This document shows, piece after piece, positions 48,892 through 58,429 of a stretch of 64,000 nt of DNA; the stretch's first letter is position 1; each line of letters opens with the position of its first letter. The position numbers were made by a program, and so were the translations under genes. Where the stretch lies: positions 32,001 to 96,000 of the forward strand of contig CAVYES010000006.1 of assembly GCA_963767735.1 (NCBI GenBank), in the 5' to 3' direction. The notes beneath the pieces were generated by a model that saw only the letters and a list, made by a program, of their open reading frames with translations, did not search any database and was not told where the DNA came from. This stretch comes from Candidatus Bathyarchaeota archaeon. Its GTDB lineage: Archaea; Thermoproteota; Bathyarchaeia; Bathyarchaeales; Bathycorpusculaceae.

Positions 48892-49410
48892 TTGTTTAAA
48901 CGAACTGTCAGTGTAGGAATCGATGAAGCGTATGCAGATTTGAAAGCTGTTCTCTTAGAGAAAGGATGCAAGATAATCTCTGAAGAGCCACCTAAGCAAA
49001 TGTTGGTCAAGCAAGGGTCGCTATGGGGGATGTCGCCAGGAACAGCCAAGAAAACGATAGCCGTTAATTTTGCGCCAGTTGATTCTGGAACACAGATAAC
49101 ATGCTCTTCTCGCCTAGGTTCAGACTGGAAAAACCTCACAATAGTGGGCTGCGCTTTAGCTGCTGTGCTGGTTGGTTTATGTCTATGGATAATGTTTGAT
49201 TTAGAAACATTTATGGTCACTCAGAAGCCTATTTTTTGGAGTTGGCTGGCAACCGTTAACGGAAATGTGGATTTCCAAGTGGCACAAGCATTTGTGAATC
49301 TAACAAAGGATCTTGTCGTCTTCCTTTCCGCTATCATCCTTTTAGAAATTGTAATTGTCGTTTATGTGCAGGCTAAAATAGACAGGTTTGCGGAACGAAC
49401 TCTCAATTAA
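48892..49410 (+). CDS. Hypothetical membrane protein
   Basis: Soluble N-domain plus two TM helices. Confidence 0.6.
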   Translation: MFKRTVSVGIDEAYADLKAVLLEKGCKIISEEPPKQMLVKQGSLWGMSPGTAKKTIAVNFAPVDSGTQITCSSRLGSDWKNLTIVGCALAAVLVGLCLWIMFDLETFMVTQKPIFWSWLATVNGNVDFQVAQAFVNLTKDLVVFLSAIILLEIVIVVYVQAKIDRFAERTLN

Positions 49411-49459
49411 ATTTTGCGCCTTGAACGAGCTTGGGAACGTGCTTAATAGAATTTAAGGT

Positions 49460-50518
49460 TTAAGCTATTTTTTTACCGCATTTTTCGCAGTATAAAGCAA
49501 ACGATTTGTTGCTTGAGCCACAATAGATGCAGAATTTGTATTTGTTGATCTCTAAATTGGCTTCTGCCACTTTAGGGTTGCTTGTTTCTGAAGAAACTGT
49601 TTGGTTAAGGGGGGGCATTCGATTGGATTTGCTTGCTGTTTTAACAGTTACGGCTATCGAAACCACTATTGCAAGGATAATTAGTATGAATAAAATAGGT
49701 TCGTCAGCGATTAAATTAACTGAAATTGGAAGAACTGGTTGGATAGTTGGATTGGGAACAGTTGAGGAAGTTGCCTGTAAATTTGGAATGTATTGTTCGC
49801 TTTCATCTATCGGGTATACGTAAACCTTTTGACCTGTGAATTGCTGGGGAAGCTGGCCAATTGTGAACCCGGGGCCTGTGGTTTCGCAGTAATAGTAGGT
49901 TTGGTTATTGCAGATGTAACTGGTGCCTGGAAGGTTATTTCCCAGTATGCCCACCGCTAAATGGTCTGGGGGGTTAATGAAAACTGCACCGTAACCCAAA
50001 ATGAGCATTAATGTCGCAAAAAGTATAGAATGAGATTTGCAGTCTCCAACATTATCAACTAAAGTTTCAACGGGAAACCTTGGATAATCTTGATAGGGTG
50101 TGCTAGCATTGTCCGTCTTGTAAGGTATGCTCTGTACGAAAGCTAAAACAAAGTTTACTTCATCGTATGAACCATACCCCTGCTGTGTTGCAGTTTGGTT
50201 AAGTTTGTCAGCAAGGTTTTGCATGTAATTATCTTCAGTTGTAGTGAAAAAACCAAAGTCTGCAAGGCTATAGGTTATTCGAACTGAATCGGGAACTGCT
50301 ACATAGGCATCATAAAGATCAACAGGAATACTTAGGTTCAAAGTCCAATGGTCTCCGCCATAATACCACGCAAACGCTGTGTTATAATACTGACTTTGAC
50401 CGGGGCTTTGAGCAGTAACAACTCCAAAAGGACACATTATGGGCAGAGAAATAATACACGCAAGCGTAAAAATAATTAATAATCTGACAGATTTGTGGCT
50501 CAGCAGAGGTCTGCCCAT
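49460..50518 (-). CDS. Exported transglutaminase-like protein with TM helix and C-terminal zinc ribbon
   Basis: Signal peptide; FVQSIPY, YPRFPVETL, GDCKSHSIL, DHLAVG, YYCETT; CIYCG...CEKCG. Confidence 0.75.
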   Translation of the reverse strand: MGRPLLSHKSVRLLIIFTLACIISLPIMCPFGVVTAQSPGQSQYYNTAFAWYYGGDHWTLNLSIPVDLYDAYVAVPDSVRITYSLADFGFFTTTEDNYMQNLADKLNQTATQQGYGSYDEVNFVLAFVQSIPYKTDNASTPYQDYPRFPVETLVDNVGDCKSHSILFATLMLILGYGAVFINPPDHLAVGILGNNLPGTSYICNNQTYYYCETTGPGFTIGQLPQQFTGQKVYVYPIDESEQYIPNLQATSSTVPNPTIQPVLPISVNLIADEPILFILIILAIVVSIAVTVKTASKSNRMPPLNQTVSSETSNPKVAEANLEINKYKFCIYCGSSNKSFALYCEKCGKKIA

Positions 50519-50551
50519 TTGAACATCTTCAATGGCGATAACATGAAACAG

Positions 50552-51043
50552 TCAACCGTTTAAAACTTCCCCCAAATCATGATTTTTCGTTAACTGTTGA
50601 ACGCTTGAACGGTTGTTCCAAGTAGTCAAGCTGTAGGCCGCTATCGCCAAAAGGCAGATTAGAACTAAAACTTTTAGAATCGAAAATGCCTGCGTGAGTG
50701 AGACTAATAGAAATGCGGCTGGAAGCGGAAGAAGCAGAAAATAAATAAACGCTATGAACCCCAGCCTGTTTCCAACGCTTTCTCTCTTGACGTATCTTTT
50801 TCCGAAGAATGCGCCTGCGATTCGTCCAAAGCCGCTTGTGCAAGTTTTGCATTGATAACAGCTGCTGCAACCGAGCCTGCGCAGAACAAGATAGATCACG
50901 ACGGCTTCTAAAAGCAGGTATGCCCAACCGTAAATCTGATTGTAAAAAATTACACCAAAAGCAGCTAGAAAAACCCAAGCGAGAACCCCCAGATTTCCCA
51001 AAACAAGCAATGGGCGGGTAAATTCAAGTTTTTCTTCAGTCAA
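50552..51043 (-). CDS. Hypothetical 4-TM protein with CxxCxxCxxC loop
   Basis: Four hydrophobic helices; CSSCYQCKTC. Confidence 0.65.
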   Translation of the reverse strand: MTEEKLEFTRPLLVLGNLGVLAWVFLAAFGVIFYNQIYGWAYLLLEAVVIYLVLRRLGCSSCYQCKTCTSGFGRIAGAFFGKRYVKRESVGNRLGFIAFIYFLLLPLPAAFLLVSLTQAFSILKVLVLICLLAIAAYSLTTWNNRSSVQQLTKNHDLGEVLNG

Positions 51044-51168
51044 GTTTTGGCTCCTTTTCTATTATGAATGGTTCCTACTTATAGATAATTTGTTTAGTAA
51101 AGTTTTTGCTCGGATAGGTCTTGGTTGCACACAATAAATGCTTAAGAATAATGCGTTGTGGCAAAAGC

Positions 51169-51450
51169 CTATTTTTGCTTGATTATGCCGTAGCTTTGCT
51201 TTTTCCACAAATCCCTAAACTTATTATAGTAATCTACAGGTTGAAAAACGGGTGCATACGTCAATTGCCATTCAAGGCCACATTTGCAAACGGCGTAAAC
51301 TTCTTTTTTATGTACATTCGCCAAAATCTGCAGCAATTCCTTCCGGCACTTCGGGCAGTAATAAGGTCCATTCACCATCTGTTTCGCGTCTTTAGTTAAA
51401 ATTTTAATGCGGCTGTTAGGAACCTTTTTCGCTTCCTTTCCCGAACCCAT
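51169..51450 (-). CDS. Elf1-like zinc-ribbon transcription elongation factor
   Basis: Basic N-terminus, YCPKC...VCKCG, QPVDYYNKFRD resembling the Elf1 C-terminal motif. Confidence 0.65.
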   Translation of the reverse strand: MGSGKEAKKVPNSRIKILTKDAKQMVNGPYYCPKCRKELLQILANVHKKEVYAVCKCGLEWQLTYAPVFQPVDYYNKFRDLWKKQSYGIIKQK

Positions 51451-51630
51451 CTTCTAAATCAATCCAAAATATACATCCATGCATGGACTAAGATATACTA
51501 TTCCATCTTTCAATCATATTTTTAACAATAGATTCGCCATGTCTTCCTCTCGAAACGGCAAGCATGATGGCAGTGCGCAACCAAACGAGAGAAGATTTAT
51601 CAACACAAATATCATTAGTGAAATGCACTT

Positions 51631-51738
51631 GCGGTCGTCGTCTAGTCTGGTTTAGGACATTAAACCGTATATCATCACTAGCGGTGTGTAAGCCTTCCAA
51701 GCTAATGATCCCGGGTTCAAATCCCGGCGACCGCACCA
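51631..51738 (+). tRNA. tRNA-Gly(TCC) with 29-nt intron at position 29/30; CCA encoded
   Basis: Acceptor GCGGTCG/CGACCGC, T-arm CCGGG-TTCAAAT-CCCGG; removing 51663-51691 restores the TTAGC-CTTCCAA-GCTAA anticodon arm. Confidence 0.93.
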
Positions 51739-51871
51739 TTTCCCCTTCGTAGTTTGCCCCGTTACTGGAATATCCTCTGAGTTTTGCGCCCATGCTTTAA
51801 GAGCCAAGTCATCTGTATTCACTGCTTGGTTAATCGGTAATTTTGAATGGTAACTGTTATAAAACGGCTAT

Positions 51872-52363
51872 GTGACAGAGTGTTTCGGTGGCTTGTTGGC
51901 GAGGGGATTTGTGGTAACTTCAGTTTGCTTGGTTATCGCTTGGGTTTTAATAGTGAGCTACCAAATTTTTACTAAAACGGCCCTGTCCACAATAGTCTCT
52001 GTTTTCAAGGTTCCTGCTCCATTTATCGCTTCATCGTTAAATTCCAACATTTCCGTGGGCATTTTCTTTTTTTCTTTTGCCTGGATGTTTGTTTTATCCT
52101 CTGTCATCACCAACTTCATCGTTGGTAGGGACAAAAGAATTTCATACAATTCTTGGTTAGTTTAGCATTAACCGCTATAGGATCAATCCTTTTGGGCTTA
52201 TTGAAAAATTTTGGTCTAAACTTATCAAACCTCAATCTTCCAAAAGCATATTCCCAACTGTTTGGCAACGCGTTTTTTTGCGTTTTTCTATCTTTCTCTG
52301 CCGTTTATTTTTATGTTAGCCATAGATTTTCAACATTCACGCAAAATGAAAGCGAAAAGGTGA
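51872..52363 (+). pseudogene. Hypothetical membrane protein, two apparent frameshifts
   Basis: Hydrophobic reading continues after shifts near 52143 and in the T7 run near 52275, ending FFYLSLPFIFMLAIDF...KR*. Confidence 0.5.
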
Positions 52364-52406
52364 AAAGCCACAAACGCAGTCTAATTTTTATTGGTGACAC
52401 TTAGAA

Positions 52407-52610
52407 ATGAGCGACGTAGATATGGCATCGATTCAACTTAAGGGTGTAAAACAGAATTTCATATTGAGCGCTGAGAAGAATTTTAAGACTGGAAGCAGAG
52501 GTTTTCATGCCCAAGGAAAAATGCAGATTGGCGACAAAAACTATCAGATAAACATTTTAGCCGTTGAAATCGGTTCCAAGCCAAAAGAGAAAGAAGAGAA
52601 AAAGAAATAA
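52407..52610 (+). CDS. Small basic hypothetical protein
   Basis: GGTGA RBS; FKTGSRGFHAQGK...YQINILAVEIGSK. Confidence 0.7.
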   Translation: MSDVDMASIQLKGVKQNFILSAEKNFKTGSRGFHAQGKMQIGDKNYQINILAVEIGSKPKEKEEKKK

Positions 52611-52677
52611 CTGATTTTTCCACCAATTTTTCTTTGTCACTAATTTTGTTGCATTAAAAGCGAAAGGGCATTTTTGG

Positions 52678-53151
52678 TTACTGCACGATTGAAGCATCAA
52701 TTATCGTTACATTTTCACGTGGTTTGTCATTTGCGCCTGTCTTTACGTTGGCTATCTTGTCGACAACGTCCATTCCCGACACAACTGTTCCGAAAACCGG
52801 ATGCTTCGTGTCAAGGAAATTGTTGTTGACTAGGTTGATGAAGAATTGGCTGCTTCCGGTGTTTGGACCTGCATTTGCCATAGCTGTTGTACCTCTCACA
52901 TTATGGTTGTCTTTGGTGAACTCGTCTTTAATGTTGGGAATAGATGAGTCTCCGTATCCTGTTCCAGTTGGGTCGCCGCCTTGTATCATAAAACCAGCGA
53001 TGACTCTGTGAAAGATTGTGCTGTTGTATGTTCCCTTCTGGACTAAGTTCTTAAAGTTGCCAGTGGTTATCGGCATATTAGTTTTTAATTCTATTGTTAT
53101 GTCACCCAGTGTGGTATGAAAAACTACTTTGGTTGGGGGTTGTGAACTCAT
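52678..53151 (-). CDS. Cyclophilin-type peptidyl-prolyl isomerase
   Basis: FHRVIAGFMIQGGDP, AMANAGPNTGSSQFFIN, HPVFG. Confidence 0.95.
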   Translation of the reverse strand: MSSQPPTKVVFHTTLGDITIELKTNMPITTGNFKNLVQKGTYNSTIFHRVIAGFMIQGGDPTGTGYGDSSIPNIKDEFTKDNHNVRGTTAMANAGPNTGSSQFFINLVNNNFLDTKHPVFGTVVSGMDVVDKIANVKTGANDKPRENVTIIDASIVQ

Positions 53152-53449
53152 CTTATAAACCTCAAAAACAAATATTCAGCACACCTATTATGCCTATTGC
53201 AAGCCACAAGCACTAATTCATTTCAAGTTAACCCGAGACCATGCCTCTGAAAAACCAAATTCTTCTCCGCCCAAAAAAACGGCAAAATTAGAAACAGAAG
53301 TGACCTATACTGCAGTTAATTTTGCAAATAAACGTTAAACTGCCCCAATTAAGCAAATGTACGGTGCAGCCCAATTTTTCTGAGAAAATACCCGTGCATG
53401 AGTTTATAAGAAATGTCGTTCTATTTATTGATGGTACGGTGTCATTAAA

Positions 53450-53701
53450 ATGAGAGATGAACTTCCATTTCCCGACAAAGTTTTGCAAACACTGCATAAC
53501 TTGTGCGCTACCGCTGCTGATTTGGCAAGAAGAGGCGACGACGTAGCTACTCTTATGCAGAAAGACCCAAACGAGATTGAGAGCATTCTGGATAGGTACA
53601 AGTCAGAGGGCTTCGCGGAAAGCTTTGTGGACAATGAAGGGAAAAAACGGTACTATCTTACTGGAAGAGGAATAATTAAGGTCTGCTCGCTTTTCACGTA
53701 G
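53450..53701 (+). CDS. Small winged-helix protein
   Basis: Helical N-part, wing ending KRYYLTGRG; co-oriented with downstream GT genes. Confidence 0.6.
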   Translation: MRDELPFPDKVLQTLHNLCATAADLARRGDDVATLMQKDPNEIESILDRYKSEGFAESFVDNEGKKRYYLTGRGIIKVCSLFT

Positions 53702-53708
53702 TGGAAGC

Positions 53709-54335
53709 ATGCATATCATTATTTTTTCATGGGAGTATCCACCAAGAGTCGTAGGCAAACTCTCCGAATACGTAAAAGCCTTATCGAGCCAACTCGCTAC
53801 CAATAACCTGGAAGTTAACGTTGTAACTTATGACGATTCGATAACCGGTTCAACCAAAGAACCCACGGGAGTACAAACAGTCAGAGTTTCAAACCCTGTG
53901 CGAACTCACATTGGAGTTTTAACCTGGGCTTTAACATTAAACCAAGAAGTTGAAAGAGCCGCAGCCAACATTTACTATCAAGCCAACAAACAAATTGACC
54001 TCATAGATGTTTACGACTGGCATTTTATTCCAGCAGCCGTAACTTTGAAAAACGGACTTGGCATACCGTTTATTTATTCCGTTGAAAGTTTGGAAGATCA
54101 TCGGTCTCAAGCTATAAATACGCCGTATAATATGGCGATTAAAAGTATCGAGTGGTTAGGTTTTTATGAGGCAGAAAAAATCAGTGTCAAATCAGAGTGG
54201 ATGCGTGACGAGGTCATTAGAATTTACAAGGTGCCTAAAGAAAAAATAGTTGTTATCTCCACAGCCTCAAATTTCTGGATAAAAGAAATCATTAAACTAT
54301 ACAATGACATGGCTGGAGGCTTAAAGAGCAAATGA
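53709..54335 (+). CDS. GT4 N-terminal-domain-only protein
   Basis: SWEYPPRVVG, DVYDW; no C-terminal nucleotide-sugar domain; overlaps next gene by ATGA. Confidence 0.75.
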   Translation: MHIIIFSWEYPPRVVGKLSEYVKALSSQLATNNLEVNVVTYDDSITGSTKEPTGVQTVRVSNPVRTHIGVLTWALTLNQEVERAAANIYYQANKQIDLIDVYDWHFIPAAVTLKNGLGIPFIYSVESLEDHRSQAINTPYNMAIKSIEWLGFYEAEKISVKSEWMRDEVIRIYKVPKEKIVVISTASNFWIKEIIKLYNDMAGGLKSK

Positions 54336-55537
54336 AAGACGATTTAGCTGTAATGATGCTCAGCTGGGAGTTCCCCCCAAGAGTAATCGGAGGAATTTCA
54401 CCGCACGTTTACTTTTTATCAAAAAATTTGGCAAAGCAAGGCGTGAAGGTTTATGTGGTAACCTGCGATTTTCCAGATGCACCCTCGCATGAAGTAATTG
54501 ACGGCGTAGAAGTTTACCGTATTGACTCTTACAAGAATCCGGCGCCGGATTTTGCCACATGGGTTTACTTGATGAATTTGAATATGCAAAAGGAAACGGC
54601 GGCATTAACAAGAAAAATCGGAGGCAAAATAGATGTTTTTCACGCTCATGATTGGCTTGTGGCAAACGCCGGAATAGGACTTAAACACGTTTTCCGAAAG
54701 CCCCTTTTAGTAACCATGCATTCAACTGAAGTGGGCCGACGAGATGGATTGCACAGCAACACTGAAAAAATGATTCATGAAACTGAAGCATGGCTCACGT
54801 ATGAAGCGTGGAAGGTTATTTGCTGTAGTGAGTACATGATTTCACATGTTAAATGGGCTTTCGGTCTTCCAAATGACAAGTTAGTTATGGTTCCTAATGG
54901 CGTCAACACACGTTGCTACGCTGAGGTTGATGCAGATTTGAAGGATTTCCGAGCCAAGTTTGCTTTGCCGGAAGAAAAAATAGTGTTATTTGTGGGCAGG
55001 CTGGTTTACGAAAAAGGTATTCATATAATAGTTAACGCTGTTCCTAAGATTTTGGAGAAAGTTAACGCTAAATTCATAATTGTCGGCAGCGGTTACATGA
55101 AAGAGCAGCTGTCAAACATTGTCCGCAGCATGAAACTTGAGCATAAAGTTCTTTTTGAAGGCTTTCTGGATGAACAAACTTTGCTTAAACTTCAAAAATG
55201 CGCTGATGTGTCTGTTGTACCGTCGCTTTTTGAACCGTTCGGAATCGTCGCACTAGAAGCTATGGCAGCTAAAAGCCCAGTGGTAGCATCTGACACTGGT
55301 GGTTTGTCGGAAATCATCGAGCATGACGTAACAGGGGTTAAAGTTTTTCCAAACAACCCTGACTCTTTAGCGTGGGGAGTAACAAAGGTTTTGCTTGACG
55401 AAAACTACCGAACACGCATAAGAGAAAACGCCTATAGAAAAGTTCTAGAAAAATATGATTGGGAAAAAATCGCTCAGAAAACCAAGCTTATATACGAAGG
55501 CGTTTTAGGCGAATATTCAAAGAGTTTTTGGGCTTAA
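54332..55537 (+). CDS. Glycosyltransferase family 4 (glycogen synthase-like)
   Basis: SWEFPPRVIGG, HAHDWL, FVGRLVYEKG, PSLFEPFGIVALEAMA. Confidence 0.9.
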   Translation: MKDDLAVMMLSWEFPPRVIGGISPHVYFLSKNLAKQGVKVYVVTCDFPDAPSHEVIDGVEVYRIDSYKNPAPDFATWVYLMNLNMQKETAALTRKIGGKIDVFHAHDWLVANAGIGLKHVFRKPLLVTMHSTEVGRRDGLHSNTEKMIHETEAWLTYEAWKVICCSEYMISHVKWAFGLPNDKLVMVPNGVNTRCYAEVDADLKDFRAKFALPEEKIVLFVGRLVYEKGIHIIVNAVPKILEKVNAKFIIVGSGYMKEQLSNIVRSMKLEHKVLFEGFLDEQTLLKLQKCADVSVVPSLFEPFGIVALEAMAAKSPVVASDTGGLSEIIEHDVTGVKVFPNNPDSLAWGVTKVLLDENYRTRIRENAYRKVLEKYDWEKIAQKTKLIYEGVLGEYSKSFWA

Positions 55538-55591
55538 TTGCCCTATAAGCGAGACTTTACCTTTTTTGCAATAAAAAAACTTGACCTCAAG

Positions 55592-56932
55592 TTATTTTCC
55601 AATCACTCGCACATTTTCAACTTGAATCCATGGAGAAATCAATTGTCCCATCTGCCGTTCGTTGCTTCCGACCAAACTTACATTTTTGAGCACCTCAAAA
55701 ATGTTGCCTGCCAACATTACGCCTCGACTGCAGTGGACTATTTCGCCTTTCCTTATTTTCCAAGCTGGTGTGGCAACAACTGAGAATTCGCCGCTGACTG
55801 GATTGCTGCTGTGTGCGCCTTGTAGGTAATAAATTATTAAGCCGTCATCCACTTCGCTTAGCATTTGTTCGCCTGTTTTGTTTCCCGGTATAACGTGGAA
55901 GTTTGTAGTGTCGATGCTGGGTGTTGAAAGGTAACCTGCTCTTGCCGCGTTTCCTGTGCTCTCTTTTCCTTCTTTTTTTGCCGAATAGTTATCGTAGAGG
56001 AAATTTTGTAAAACCCCTTTTTCTATGACCGGTGTTTTCTGATGAGGCACCCCTTCGCCGTCGAAAGCCATCGTGCGGAGACCGCCAGGGAATAAGCCGT
56101 CGTCGTAAATTGTAAGGTTTTCCGAAGCGACTATTTCTCCGATTTTCCCTTTAAACGGCGATTGATTCCTCTGAACACTATCGGCTCTAACCGCGTTAAC
56201 TAGCGTGTAAGCGAAGAGGTCTTGCAAAGCAAACTGCGTCAGGATGAGCTTGGTGGATTTGGTTTCGACTGACTTGGTTTTTAACGCTGAAACTGCCAGT
56301 TTCGCTGCTTCTTTTCCCACCCATGCTGGATCAATATCGTAATTTCTTGAAGCGTTGAATTCAAAACAAACAGGCGTGACTGCATTGCCTTCCTTAGCCA
56401 ACGTCGCTAAACTGCATTCAATTACCGTTCCCCTGTCAAAACCAGAGATTCCGTTTGAGTTGGCGATGGCGTTGGAAATATAAGCGCTTCCTATGCCGCC
56501 TTCAATGGGAAAAGCGCGTTTATCAACTTGTCCCGCGGAGTCTAGCATGGTTGAGGCGAGGTTAACTAGCTCTTCTGAGCTGAGCTCAATAATTTTATCA
56601 TCAAAAACTTTTTCCAATGGTGCGTAAGGTTTCTTTTGGGGAAGTCCATTCCAGTCTGGGTCAGGTTTGCTTGCCTTTGCAGAGTCTAAAGCTCTAAGAA
56701 TCACGTTTTCAACCACTTTTTGGTCATCGAGGATGTTTGTGTAAGCAAAACCTACTGCTTTATTAGCGGCCACGCGGATGCCTACGCCTCGGTCAATTAT
56801 CCTGTTGGTTTTGCTGATTTGCCCCAGTTCAATGCCAATGTTTGTTGCTTGCCCCTCGTAAACGTACGCTTCAGCTTCGGAGGCTCCACTTTTTAGGGCT
56901 TCATTCACCGCGTTTTCGGCTAAACTTATCAT
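55592..56932 (-). CDS. pmbA: TldE/PmbA family protein
   Basis: [25 protein letters not shown]; no HExxxH; start taken at ATG 56932. Confidence 0.88.
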   Translation of the reverse strand: MISLAENAVNEALKSGASEAEAYVYEGQATNIGIELGQISKTNRIIDRGVGIRVAANKAVGFAYTNILDDQKVVENVILRALDSAKASKPDPDWNGLPQKKPYAPLEKVFDDKIIELSSEELVNLASTMLDSAGQVDKRAFPIEGGIGSAYISNAIANSNGISGFDRGTVIECSLATLAKEGNAVTPVCFEFNASRNYDIDPAWVGKEAAKLAVSALKTKSVETKSTKLILTQFALQDLFAYTLVNAVRADSVQRNQSPFKGKIGEIVASENLTIYDDGLFPGGLRTMAFDGEGVPHQKTPVIEKGVLQNFLYDNYSAKKEGKESTGNAARAGYLSTPSIDTTNFHVIPGNKTGEQMLSEVDDGLIIYYLQGAHSSNPVSGEFSVVATPAWKIRKGEIVHCSRGVMLAGNIFEVLKNVSLVGSNERQMGQLISPWIQVENVRVIGK

Positions 56933-56942
56933 TGTGTCTTTT

Positions 56943-58328
56943 TTAAGCACTGCCACCAACAATCACCCCATTAACTCTAATGTGCGGTCCACCATCAGAA
57001 ATGAAGGCTGTTTGGCCTTTTCCGCACCTTCCCGTGTCTAACATGAAATCTTTCCCCACGGCATCAATCTTATGCAAGGTTTCAAGAGTATTGCCGCTTA
57101 TTGATGCGTCGCGAACTGGTGCGCCTATTTCTCCATTGACTATTTCGTAGCCTTCTTGGATGCCCACCTGGAAAGTGCCGTCAAGGTTAGCTTGCCCACC
57201 CCTAAAACTCTTAAAGTAATATCCTTGCTTCACTTTTTCGATTAATTCTTCAAAAGAATGGTCTCTCGGCTCCATGTAAGTGCAACGCATGCGGATGATT
57301 GGTTCAACACGGAAATCTTCCGCCCTCGCATTACCCGTTGGTTCAGCCTTGAATTTTTGCGCTGTTTCCCGGTTATGCATCAAACCAGCGACCACTCCAT
57401 CTTTTATCAGCGTTGTTTTTTGGGTTTGGACTCCTTCATCGTCATATTTGAAAGCGCCGAAAGATCCCTCGATTGTGCCATCATCATAAAACGTTACCAA
57501 GTCTGAACCGATTTTTTTCCCCATGTTGCTTGCTAAAACACCGCCTGAAAGAGCCAAGTCAGCTTCAGCTAAATGCCCAAATGCTTCGTGAACAAAAACT
57601 CCCACCACGTTTGGACCTAAAACAACTGGGAATGTTCCTCCTTTAAGTGATTTAGCAGTTAACTGTTCTATCGCGCGTTTTGCAACTTTTTCGCCTAAAA
57701 CCTCGGGAGCTTGCTGGTCGAATATTTCGTAGCCTGCTGTAGACCCTATTTCTTCACGGCTAAAAGTGAAGACGCCCTCGTTTAAGGCTGAAGCAGTTAT
57801 CCTTGCCCAAACATACAGTTTATCCTGCTCAATGTTTGAGCCATCGCTGTTCACAAAATAGCTGGTTCCCGTCAAATCAAAATAATCTACCGTGCAACTC
57901 CTCACTCGCTTATCAAAGCTCAAGCTCGTCTTGTTTACAGTCAAAGCAGTTTTAATTTTATCCTCCATCAAAACATCTGACGGGTTCTTTTTCGGTTTTG
58001 CTTCAACGCGGTCATTAACCACTTTAGCTTGCGCAAGCTTAATCGGAGTTTTCAATCGTGAACTAGCCATTTTAGCCATTCTACACGCGTCAGAAACCGC
58101 ATTCTCCAAAATTTCGCTGTCAAACGAGCCCGCAGAAGCAAAGCCCCACGCACCATTCACGAGCACACGCAAGGCAACGCCATTTTCAATGCCCTGCTTC
58201 GCTGCTTCTACGCGCTCTTCTTTGAGGGTGAGCATTGTTTTGTAGAGTTTTTGTGCTCGGGCTTCGGCATATTGGGCTCCGTACTTTTGGGTGGCTGTAT
58301 TATTGATTTTAGTCAGAAGATCTTTCAC
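56943..58328 (-). CDS. tldD: TldD metalloprotease
   Basis: [36 protein letters not shown]. Confidence 0.92.
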   Translation of the reverse strand: MKDLLTKINNTATQKYGAQYAEARAQKLYKTMLTLKEERVEAAKQGIENGVALRVLVNGAWGFASAGSFDSEILENAVSDACRMAKMASSRLKTPIKLAQAKVVNDRVEAKPKKNPSDVLMEDKIKTALTVNKTSLSFDKRVRSCTVDYFDLTGTSYFVNSDGSNIEQDKLYVWARITASALNEGVFTFSREEIGSTAGYEIFDQQAPEVLGEKVAKRAIEQLTAKSLKGGTFPVVLGPNVVGVFVHEAFGHLAEADLALSGGVLASNMGKKIGSDLVTFYDDGTIEGSFGAFKYDDEGVQTQKTTLIKDGVVAGLMHNRETAQKFKAEPTGNARAEDFRVEPIIRMRCTYMEPRDHSFEELIEKVKQGYYFKSFRGGQANLDGTFQVGIQEGYEIVNGEIGAPVRDASISGNTLETLHKIDAVGKDFMLDTGRCGKGQTAFISDGGPHIRVNGVIVGGSA

Positions 58329-58429
58329 GAGTATCTATCCTTTGTATAGCTAAACGTTTAACTAGAATATTTGAGGGAATTAAATCATTTCGCTTCAAAA
58401 TCCTTGATAGCTACTTGCTTGGAATTTTC

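Noticed and set aside
50577-50978. 133-aa alternative-frame ORF overlapping the 4-TM gene
   Set aside because: Same-strand overlap with a more protein-like ORF; composition is not convincing
51488-51793. 101-aa minus-strand ORF and 62-aa plus-strand ORF 51564-51752
   Set aside because: Both overlap the tRNA-Gly gene; MVRSPGFEPG is the typical antisense translation of a tRNA
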